Source of the DNA: Azolla caroliniana
Taxonomy: Eukaryota; Plantae; Polypodiophyta
Direction of reading: 5' to 3'
NCBI GenBank assembly: GCA_043228905.1
Contig: JBHGNT010000007.1
Span: 16,616,001 to 16,680,000, forward strand
Length of the DNA: 64,000 bases
The position numbers and the translations under genes are program-made. Under the pieces are notes generated by a model. It was not told the DNA's origin. It made no database searches and was given only the letters and a program-made list of their open reading frames with translations. Below, piece after piece: positions 11,257 through 22,300 of the stretch (positions within the stretch are counted from its first letter, which is position 1; each line of letters begins with the position of its first letter).

Positions 11257-14200
11257 TACTCCCCCTCTTTAAAACATTGCACTCTTGCAATGGAAAGTTA
11301 GGGAAGTTAGTTCTAAGAGTATTTTCGCGTTCCCATGTGGCATCTTTTATTGATTTATCCATCCATTTTATTTTAAATTCTCGGATTTCTTTAGTACGTA
11401 ATTTTTTTGTTTTAATATCGAGAATTCTTTCTGGTACATGTGGTTTAGAAGATAATTCTTCAGAAGTAACCAGAGTTTCAGTTGTAACTGTATTGTCGCC
11501 AGAACCTAGAAGTTCTTTTAGACGACTCACATGAAAGACTGGATGAATTCCGACACCATTGGGAAGAGCGAGACGATAGGCTGATGACCCAATGCGTTTG
11601 AGGACTGTAAAAGGTTCACAAAACCGTGGGGCTAACTTAGCGCACTTACCCGTAGACAATGTCTTAGAATTGTGAGGTACACGTAAAAATACCTTCTGTC
11701 CAGGGTTGAATACACGAGGTTGCCTATGATGATCGGCATAAAAACGCGCTCTATCTTGAGCTGTTTTTATATTATCTCGTGCAATATGCAACATATCTTG
11801 CATATCCCGAAGAAAGTTTTGCGTACTTCGAAACTCATCATGATGTATATTAACATCAATCGGGGCTCGTGGCTGAAAACCATACATCAACATAAAAGGA
11901 CTATATCCCGTCGACGTATGCTTGGAGCTGTTATAAGCAAACTCCAAGATTGGGAGATAACGTTCCCATTTTGTTGGTTTTGCACCAACATATGCTCGAA
12001 GCATGTCCTCAATAATTTGATTTACTCGTTCTGTCTGTCCATTCTGATTGAGGATGATCCGTGGAGCTCATGCTCAACGTAGTTTCTAACTTCTTAAAGA
12101 CTTGCGTCCAGAAGTCACTAGTAAACTTTGGATCTCGATCACTCATGATATCCATCGGTAACCCATAAAAATGAAACAATTCGTCAACGAATTGGTAAGC
12201 CAATTCAGGAGCTGTTACCGTGGTTTTAGTAGCAATAAATCTGGCCATTTTAGTTAGTCGATCAACGACAACCCAGATGGCATCATGAACTTTTTGGGTG
12301 CGAGGAAGGCTAACAATAAAATCCATGGATATACTTTCCCACTTATTATTGGGAATGTCCAAGGGATGTAAAAGTCCTGCGGCTTTAAGTCGCTCGGCTT
12401 TGTTAACCTAACACTGGTGACATTTAGTCACATAGCTATGTATGTCAGGACGCATCTTAGGCCAATAAAATTGAGTGGAGATGAGAACGAGTGTACGATG
12501 TATATTCCAGGGTGCCCTGCTGAGGGTGCATCATGGCATTCAAAAAGAATCCTCTTTTTGACCTCGGGTAAATTTGGAACACAAACCTTCCCATTAGAGT
12601 AGAGCAAACCATTAGCAATGTGGAAGTATTCCTTCGAGGATGTGGTGGTGTCTGTTCCAGACTCAACTCTTGCCCAGTATTTTGCGAAATAACTGTCATC
12701 AGGATACTTTCCTCGAAGGTGGTCATAAAGATCTGATGATATTTCAGTGAAGCTAAGCGTGTTAACTTCACGGATGCAACTTAGTGCATCAACGACAGTG
12801 TTCATGGAACCTTTACGATATCGTATGGAAAAATCAAAGTCCTGGATGAGATCAGCCCATCGTGCCTTACGACCTTTGAGGTCTTGTTGGTCACAAAAAT
12901 ATTTCAAGGACTCGTGGTCCGTAGTTACCACAAAGTGATTTCCATAAAGATAATGGCGCCATGTTTTGAGCGCATGTATAACTGCAAATAATTCCTTTTC
13001 TTGAACGGTATACCGACATTGAGCAGAATCAAGTTTCTTACTCTCGAATGCTATTGGTTTACCATCTTGATACAAGACAACACCTATAGCATAATCGCTT
13101 GCATCGATTTCAACCTCAAAAGGTTTTGAAGGATCAGGTAAAAGAAGTGAAGGAGCCTTGCAAACCAGGTCCTTGAGTTCCTTAAAGGCGATGTCTAGTG
13201 TAGCATTCCACACAATAGGTTTTGTAGACTTACGCGATTGACCTTTTAAAAGATCAGTAAACGGCGTCGTCAATTGGGAGTAATTACGAAGAGACTTTCG
13301 CAAAAACCCGACAAAACCAAGGAATGATCAAACTTCTTGAATATTCCGAAGAGTGGGCCAAAGCTTGATTTTCTCAATGCGAGAAGGATCAATTTCAACT
13401 CCTCGTTCGGTTATGAGATGTCCTAGATAAGTAATTGATTTCTTGAAGAACTCACATTTTGAGATCTTCGCATAAAACTGTTTGTCACGCAATGTTTGTA
13501 AAATAAAGCGGACATGTCTAGCATGTTCTTGTAATGTACGGCTATAAACTAAAATATCATCCAAGAAAATAACGACAAATTTTCCAAGTTGTTCTCGGAA
13601 AATGTCATTCATTTCTTGTTGAAAAGTAGCTGGAGCATTGGTCAAACCAAAAGGCATAACCAAAAACTCGTAATGGCCATAACGCGTACGAAATGCCGTT
13701 TTAGGAACATTGTCCTCACATATTCGTATTTGATGGTAGCCAATACGGAGATCAAGTTTCGTAAAATACTGAGCTCCTTGGAGACGGTCAATTAGATCGT
13801 CAGCCCAGGGCAATGGGTACGAATTCTTGATCGTCACTTTATTCAAGCGTCGGTAATTAATACACATACGCCATGTGCCCTCTTTCTTTTTAACCAAGAG
13901 AACTGGTGCACCCCATGGAGATTTACTATAACGTATATAGCCCATTCGGAAATAGTCCTTGAGTTGCTTAGATACCTCATCTTCTTCGGATCGACTTAAG
14001 CGATACGGAGGTATACTTATTGGTGCAACACCAGGTACAATATCTATACGATGGTCTATATTACATTTAGGAGGTAACCTATCAGGTAGTTCACTTGGAA
14101 AAACATCATGAAAATCATTTAAGATTTCATCAAGTTGTTGTTGTTCAAAATATGTTAATTGAACCGGGACATTATCGATATTGTAAATGTGAATGTCCGG

Positions 14201-14969
14201 ATCAAGTACATAATAAAATAATGTAGAACAAGACAACTCAGATATTGATGGACACGAGGAAACAATCGAGAGGGATTGTTTTTTTACACATTGAATAAAA
14301 TGCGTACAATCGTTCAGTACAAAAGAAATGGAATGATGAACCCAATCAATCAATAAAGAAGAGTTTTTATTATAAAACCAGGGATAACCCAATATTACAT
14401 CGGTGGTACAAAGATTCATTACATGGAAGTCTACTTCCTCTATATAAGTATCAATAGAAATTCCTAATGAATGAATCGCCCCGTTGATGTATTGTACTCT
14501 TCCATCAGCCAAGTGCACCGTGTAGGTGTGATCACTTACGGTGGGTTGGATTCCCCATATCTGAACCAAACGATCATTCACAAAATTGTGTGAGCTTCCC
14601 GAATTAAATAAAAATTGTACGGGAGATCCATTGATATACCCGTTTGCACGTAGTAAATCATTGGGACCCAATACATAGTGAGGGAAAGAACATTGACAAT
14701 TACTTAAATGATGTGTATAGACCCGAAGGACATTAGGAATCTGACCTTTATGGTCTGCAGCTTTAGCTTTGTTGTCGTGCTCTTTTCGTTGGAGCTTTCA
14801 ACATTGATCTTTTGTATGACCCTTCTTTTTGCAGAATACGCAAAAAGGATGTTGTCGCTTACAATCGTGATCCAGGAATTCGTTGGGTGTCTTGCGTTTC
14901 CCAACAAATTGCGACTGCTTAGTCCCGGGCGCTTCGTTGGGTTTGTTATGGTCCTTCTTCGAAGTGCGT
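11243..14969 (-). pseudogene. T1 gag C-terminus (CVFCKKKGHTKDQC) plus pol (PR, RT FLDD, RNase H, integrase, chromodomain), disrupted
   Basis: ORFs 13328-14671, 12428-13303, 12009-12362 and 11243-12004; protease catalytic D>N (FNSGS); C-terminal KIKW..DATWE chromodomain. Confidence 0.9.
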
Positions 14970-15857
14970 TGTCGTGAAGAATGTGCTTCACGATATAAAA
15001 ATGAGCTTAAATGTTGTATTTAATAATATTTGAGAGACTTGAACCCACATCCTTATATACGATGTACAATGTACATACCACTAGGCTAGGCTATTTATTT
15101 GTAAAAGTGTGTAATAAATGTGCTTCATGATATAAGAATGAAGCTATATATTGTATTAAGTAAAATTGAGGGACTTGAACCCTCAACCTTGTATACCAAG
15201 CACCAAGCATACACCACTAAGCTAGGTTAGTTATTTTAGAATGCATTTTGATCATTATAATTATCTCATATCTATTTTCATACATAGCCATCATTCATCA
15301 CATGCAATGCATGTGCGCCAAATGGCGATCATGCATTACATGTAACTCATGCATTGCATGCATGCCATGCTCCCATACATTACCATATGCATGGCAACAC
15401 TTATATAAAGAGGGGAAAGGGAAAACAAGGAGGAGAATCAAGAGAAAGTTAGAGAAATAAGATAATAAAAAAAACAAACAAGTTAGCTTGTTGGTGAAGA
15501 GGCTCGTGTTTCCAAGTTGGAGTCAAGAGTTCGAATCAAGGGTCGGTAGAGAAAGGGTTCATATTGCTACCAAACATTGTAAAGTTGGTAAAATCTTGTA
15601 TTCGTAATATACATCATGTTCATATCATATACTTTTTTGTCTTAAATCATACTTTGTCTCTATCTTGCGTCTTGAATCATACATTGCCTCTATCTTTTAT
15701 CTATACTAGTCTCTCTCTCACACATATTACTTTAAACTATTATTCGTCATATCCTTTATCTTCCTAACATTTGCGCACAAGCCTTATAAAAGTTCCTTCA
15801 ACTCCCCTTAACCTTAGTCCCTGCGACTTTGCCGCACGAACCACAACTACCCCGACA
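14970..15857 (+). repeat. G2 5' LTR
   Basis: TGTCGTGAAG...CCCGACA; TATA near 15402; direct repeat of 26887-27774. Confidence 0.95.
15031..15229 (-). ncRNA. Two tandem tRNA-like (A-box/B-box, partial cloverleaf) modules in G2 U3; not functional tRNA genes
   Basis: TAGCCTAGTGGTA...GGTTCAAGTC and TAGCTTAGTGGT...GAGGGTTCAAGTCCCTC with canonical arm spacing; acceptor stems absent; repeated at about 26948-27146. Confidence 0.65.
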
Positions 15858-15861
15858 CATT

Positions 15862-15879
15862 TGGTGAACCCGACGTGAA
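15862..15879 (+). promoter_or_regulatory. Primer-binding site complementary to tRNA-Trp(CCA)
   Basis: TGGTGAACCCGACGTGAA is the reverse complement of the 3' end of plant cytosolic tRNA-Trp (..TTCACGTCGGGTTCA-CCA, recalled from memory). Confidence 0.85.
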
Positions 15880-15896
15880 GGCGGCGACGAGGAGAA

Positions 15897-17993
15897 ATGG
15901 AGGAGCAAATGAGGCTTATGTGTACGATGATGGAACGAGTGATGCGCGAACAAGGGATGATGGCAAGCATCGACAAAGCCGTCGACAATATTCTCGCACG
16001 AGTAGGAATCTTCGAAGGTATAAATTTAACAAGATTTCTGAAGATTTATAATGAAGAAATGCTTAAACGTGGTGTCGACGAAGCTACAAAAATTAATAGC
16101 TTTAGTCGAGTCGCTGCGATTGGGCTACAAGAGAAGATCCAAGAGCTCCAAAGGGAGAATCAGACATGGACAACATTTGAAAGGGCATTACTCAATGAAT
16201 ACAACCTCAACGATATGTCAAGGATGACAAGGCGAGCTTTCATGGATGACAAGTGTTTTGGAAGTATTAAAAGAGTTTTCTGAAAGATTTGAGCAACTAA
16301 ATGTTAGAGATAGAAATATAATAGTACCAGATAAAGTAATATTGTTTCTACAAGCTACTAATATTAAAGATAGGAAGGACTTGGGAATGCTTTTAGAAGA
16401 TCAGAATAGTCCAAGTGGACTTACCGAAGACTGGGAGGAGGTGAAAAGGGCGTGCGCCCATTTCTGCAAAAGAAAGTTATGGTTTATGGAGTTGCCCGAC
16501 AGAAATGATGAAGAAACGGGGAACGAGTCGGGATAAAAGAAAGTAGAAGAATCACTCTTACACGAATTGGTGAAAGGCATGAAAGACTTGTCGATCAAAG
16601 TGACAAAGCTAGAATCGGGACAAAGCTCGACTTCATCAAGGCAGGGAGGTGGAATGGTCCGAAGGTGTATGTGGTGTGATAGTATCGACCACCAAAAGAA
16701 AGATTGACAAGAGCATAGGGATGCTCTTAATCATAATAAAATCTACTATCAAGAGGGCAAGATTCACTTGACAGAGACTCGACAACCACTTCAACTCAAC
16801 TTCGGGCGAGGAGGAATGAAAAAGCTAATGGAAGATGCCGAGAGAGAAACGACTCAAGCGATACAATCCGTGGCAACCTTAGGGTTGCGTGTAGAAGACT
16901 CATATGGTGGATCTGGCTTTTGGCAAGATGTGATGGATTATGCAAGAAAAGGGAAGGTTCGAGTGGATGAATTAAAAAGAGCGGGAGATGAAATACGAAA
17001 CTTCATAGGATGGAATGATCCAGTAGACGCGCTATCAGCATTCGCCCAAGTGAATGGACAAGATGTGCTAGTGGAAGAGAAGCGGAAGAGAGCTGAGGAA
17101 GCTGATCCGACAAAGAGACATGAGACACGAGAACAAAAGAGAAGGGAGATATAGAAAAGGGTGCTACTGAGCCGAAGGAAGCTGATAAAGTAAAAGGAAA
17201 GACAGGCCCATCTTTCAAGCTTGCCTCAGACATAGAAAAAACGACGGATATAAAAAAGGTACTAGAAACAAGAATACTAAATAGTAAGGTAGAATTTACT
17301 TTAAGAGAAGTGTTGGGTATAGCAAAGAAAGAATTTCATGAAGTTATCATAGATATTATTAGAAGGAAGAGACAGGTGACGGAGGAAATTACGGGAGGGT
17401 GTGCAACAACACTCCAAGATTTGTATGCTGGCACCATCAATGCTGCAAGTGTAAAAAACCAGAATGATGTTGGCGTCCATGAAGGGGATAGGAGTCACTA
17501 TACAAGGGACCATTGGGCTCGAGCAACAACGGAGGCACCTGCAAAAATTGGGGAGCAGCAAATTCCATGTATTGCTTTGATCGATCATGGATCTGAGATT
17601 AACATGATGTCATCGGAATTTTACGCTCGAGGACGATGGCCGATCGACAAGAATCATGGGTGGAAAATAAGAGCTGCCACAGAGACTATGGAGGATCTAT
17701 TTGGAGCATGTCCTAGTGTGAAGGTAACAATTGGTGATGTGTCGGTGAATCAAAATTTCTTTGTGCAGGATCGATCAACCTACCCCGTCATCCTTGGTCA
17801 GCCCTACATCACTGCAATGAGGATGGAAACAAAGGTTATTGATGATGGTTCGGCTTTCGCGAGAATCAAGAGTCAAGATGGAAGAAAGACTGTTCAATTC
17901 TTAACCGTGAGGCCCAACCATGAAAGAAACAAAGAATGCTTGAGGGAACATCCAATTCAAGAGATGGATGACGAGTTTTCCCAGGATTTTTAG
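15897..17993 (+). pseudogene. G2 gag-protease ORF (disrupted by indels and stops), ending ...SQDF-TAG
   Basis: ORFs 15897-16283, 16246-16536, 16768-17154 and 17310-17993; CMWCD..DH...C knuckle; LIDHGSEIN protease. Confidence 0.9.
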
Positions 17994-18046
17994 ATAGGGC
18001 TTTTACAGGTAGGGGCTGTGATAGCCCGAACATAAAAGAAAACCCC
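17984..18046 (+). other. Putative -1 ribosomal frameshift signal (G_GAT_TTT_TAG plus pseudoknot) of G2
   Basis: The -1 frame is open from the heptamer into the RT ORF at 18197; homologous signals at 5857-5920 and 55885-55950. Confidence 0.75.
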
Positions 18047-19351
18047 ATAAATAATAATGTAAATAAAGATATTCCTTGTACAATCTCATCTAATGGTGCT
18101 ACTTTTATACTAAAAGTAAATAATAATAAAATACAAAATGCTTTCAAGTACTTTAAGTGTTCTGGATTAATAGATGATGATGAAGAAATTCAGGATATGT
18201 TTGAAGAATTAAGTTTTGAAGATACAATAACTCATTTGGAAGTAATGGAAGAAGACAACGAAATCCAAGTTCCTGTCCATTCAATCAAGATGTACGAGGT
18301 CATTGAAGAAGTTGCTCGAAAGGATCATGAAGCACATGTACTAACAAAGTACAAGACAGTGGAGAAGAAGGTTCGTCCTATTGCTGCTCCACTTCCAGGG
18401 GATAGTGAAAAGGCAATCAAAGAAGCAGCCACAGAGCCAATGATCAGAGACCCACGAAAGGTAGGACATGTGTTTACTCCGGAAACAATACAAGGGATGA
18501 AAATAGGAGGGGGTGACTTCCTATTACCCGCTGAAGAAAAGCAGTTCAGGGAGATGTTAAAAAGGCATGGAAAGGCGTTTGCATTCCAACCGGAGGAAAT
18601 AGGGTGTGTGGATCCAGAAATTGTGGAGCCCATGGTTATATTCACTATCCCTCATATTCCATGGAACTTTAAGCCAATACCCATGCCTAGGGCTAGAATC
18701 CCTCAACTATTAGAACTTTTGAAAGAAAAGATAAGGATGGGTATCTTGGAACCATCGAACGCTCCTTACTCGAGTCGATGGTTCACTGTGTTAAAGAAAG
18801 ATGGGCGACTCCGATTTATCCAAGATATGCAACCCATGAATAAGGTGACAATCCGAAACTCGGGAGTAGGGCCAATTGTGGATGAGTTTCCTGAGATGTT
18901 TGAAGGAAGAGCTATATATTCAATGGGAGACCTTTATTCCGGGTATGATCAATTTCAACTTGCTATCAAAAGTCGAGATATAACTTCTATCAAGACACCT
19001 ATAGGGTTAGTATGGATGTGCACCTTGCCGCAAGGAGCGACCAACTCAGTGGCGCATATGATGAATGGAATGAACAAGGTACTTCGTGATTTTATTCCTC
19101 ATATTACAATGCCTTTTCTAGATGATGTTCCAATTAAGGGATGCAAGGAGGAAGAGAAGAACGAGGAATTGGACGAAAGTGGTTGCCGTCAATTCGTTGC
19201 TGATCATATCAAGGATTGTGAGAAGGTGCTATCAAGGATGGAAGAAGTGCATTTGACCTTATCAGGGGCGAAATCAATATTTGGGGCAAAAGAGATATTA
19301 ATAGTTGGTCATATGTGTGGCCCGTATGGGAGAAAGCCATCCCCAACCAAG
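17990..19351 (+). pseudogene. G2 pol part 1 (linker plus reverse transcriptase)
   Basis: YSGYDQ, LPQGATNS and PFLDD motifs; cut at GRKPSPTK by Copia-B. Confidence 0.9.
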
Positions 19352-22300
19352 TGTTGTAGACAAGGTCGTATATGCGGAAGATTAAGAAGCATTCGATTCT
19401 GTTCTGTACCTGCGTATGACAGTTTCTAGTTCGTTGCACAGAGATAGAGAGAGAGAGAGAGACACAAAACCACTTTCTTTATTCCATAAAGCAATAATAC
19501 AACCCAACCTTACAAAAAGGTTACAAGGTCACTATATATAGTGACAGACTTAGGGCAACTACCCTTTATGCTAATTACACAAATGGCCTAAAGGGATAGT
19601 GTGAATACGTCCATTATACACTTGTATTCGACACTCCCCCGTAATGGGCGTATACATGGGTTATCTAAGATTACAGGTATAAACTTAGGTTCTCGGACAT
19701 ATCAGTTTGTTCGAGTCGGCAGGGTCCGAAGGCAGAAGACCGAACTGGTCGGGTCGGAAGTGTCGAAGCCGATCATTAAGGAACTGATGTCGGTTGTCGG
19801 GAACCGTCCTGTGCTGTGTCCGGCTCTAACCGGACTGGTTTGTCGTTACGCCCATCTGATGCCGAAGGGACCGAAAGCGGTCTGCCGAAAGACACTTGGT
19901 CATTCCATCTGCGACATTGTCGGTTGTGGATATTTTCTCTAGACCGATTTTCCCTGAAATGACGCAGTCCCGAACGAAGTGATATCGAACGTCGATATGT
20001 TTGGAGGCGTTGTGGTGAACCGGATTTTTTGACAAGGCAACAGCACCTTGACTGTCGCTATAGACAACTGGAGCCGAGTCATGGTCGACTTGTCGAAACG
20101 TGTGCGCCAGCCGACCGAGCCACAAAGCTTCTTTTGCTGCGTCGGACGCAGCTACATATTCTGCTTCGGTCGTTGAGGTCGCTGTGCACTCCTGAAGTTT
20201 CGACTTCCATGAGATTGCTCCATTGCCGAATTTGAAGCAGTATCCGATTGTTGATTTCCGACTGTCTATACAGCCGGCGAAGTCCGAGTCGGTGTAACCG
20301 ACTACGCCTGAGGTTCGGTTCGGACCGAAAAGAATGTCGTGGTCTTTTGTGCCAGCCAGATATCTGAACACATGCTTGACTGCGTTCCAATGCGATCGGC
20401 CAGGGTTATGCATAAATCTGCTAACGACTCCTACGGCATGAGAAATATCAGGCCGTGTCGCGACCATCAGGTACATAAGGGAGCCGACTGCCGGTGCATA
20501 CGGTACCGACTTCATATCTTCCCCCTCCGAACCGGATGTCGGGCAGTCTCGCTGAGAGAGCCGAAGATTCATGGGGAGCGGGGTTGAAGCAGATTTGGCT
20601 GATTGCATGTCCGATATAGTCGGTCTGAGACAAAAAAAGATGTCGTTTATCGCGAAGCCGACTAATCTTCATGCCGAGTATGTGTCGTGCCGGACCGAGG
20701 TCCTTCATGGCAAACTTCAACCGCAGTTGCCGAATGAGATCGGCAAGTTCGCCCGCGTGGCGTCCAGAAATTAGCATGTCGTCCACGTAAATGATGAGGA
20801 AGATGGGTGATCCATCTTGAGCTGTGTTGGTGAAGAGACAATGGTCCTCATCGCTTTTTGAGAAGCCGATCGATTGGATGAAGTCGTCGAACTTCTTGTA
20901 CCATTGTCGCGGTGCCTGTTTGAGGCCGTATAGACTCTTCCTGAGTCGGCAGACTAGATGTTCTTGGCCAGTTGCCACGAAGCCTTTTGGCTGCTCCATA
21001 TAAATTTCCTCTTCAAGATCACCATGGAGGAATGCTGTTTTGACATCTAGCTGAATCAGCTCCAAGTTGTCGGCTGCCACTACGCCGAGTAGAAAACGAA
21101 GGGTTGTCATTTTCACCACTGGTGAAAAAATCTCGTCGAATTCGACGCCATATTCTTGTCGGAAGCCCTTCGCAACTAATCTGGCCTTGTACTTTGGGGT
21201 GGTCGAATCAGACGTCTCTTTTAGTCGATAAACCCACTTGCAAGGAAGAGCACGTCGGTTCCTAGGTAATTCGACCAGATCCCAAGTCTTGTTTGCCCGA
21301 ATGGAGTGCATTTCCGACTCCATCGCCAGATGCCAGGTGGCGGAATCGACAGATGTCGATGCTTCTTCGTAAGACGTCGGTTCGCCGGCGTCGGTGAAGA
21401 AAATTCCAGGAGAATACCTCTCCGGAGGTTGCGACAGTCTCTCGGATCGTCGAGGTATGATTGGACTGGTCGCATCGGGTATCGAGGTCGGATGGTCCGA
21501 AAGCGAATCATTCGGCTGTGCCGAGTCGGAGCTGTCCGAGTCGGGAGTGTAAGGTTCAGCTACCCGTGAAGCTGACCGTGTGTTAAGAGCGGGGCCTTCT
21601 TGAAGGGTCGGCACATCGGAAAATGTGACCCTTCGGACTTCGATCGGTGTTTTGATTGATGGATTCATAGCCGACTCGTTGAACACAACGTCCGAACTTC
21701 GGATGATTTGTCTGCGTTTGGGATCCCAGAGTCGGTATCCCATTTCGCCGTCGGATCCATATCCAAGGAAAATGCATTTCCTGGACCGAGGTGCAAGTTT
21801 TCGGCGATCATCTTTCGGAATAAGGGCGTACGCCTCGCATCCGAAGATCCTCAGCTTGTCGTAATTCGGCTTACTGCCGATCCATAGTTCCTGAGGAATT
21901 TGAAGTCCTAGAGGTCTACTTGGCGACATATTGATTATGTGTACTGCCGTGAGTAGAGCCTCTGCCCAGAAGCCATCCGACAGTCCGGAGTGTTGGAGCA
22001 TGGAAACTATCCGTTCTTGGATTGTTCGATTCATTCGTTCTGCAATCCCGTTTTGCTCCGGACTGTGTGGTGCCGTAAATTCACGTCGGATGCCGCGTTG
22101 TCGGCAGAATTTGACAAATTCTTCGGATTTGAACTCTCCCCCATTGTCGGTCCGAAAGCATTTCAGTTTTCGGTCGGTTTGATTTTCTACCATAGCGAGC
22201 CAATCGGAGAAGATCGAGAAGACACGATCTTTGGTGCGAATTGGATAAGCCCACACCTTTCGAGTCGAATCGTCAATAAAACTGACGAAGTAAGAGGCAC

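Noticed and set aside
15031-15229. Functional tRNA-Pro/Arg genes
   Set aside because: No acceptor stem, mismatched D arms, and located inside LTRs; kept only as tRNA-like modules.
19601-19942. Possible extra (env-like or antisense) ORF at the copia 3' end
   Set aside because: Short, starts at GTG within the LTR, has no transmembrane or known motif, and overlaps RNase H antisense.
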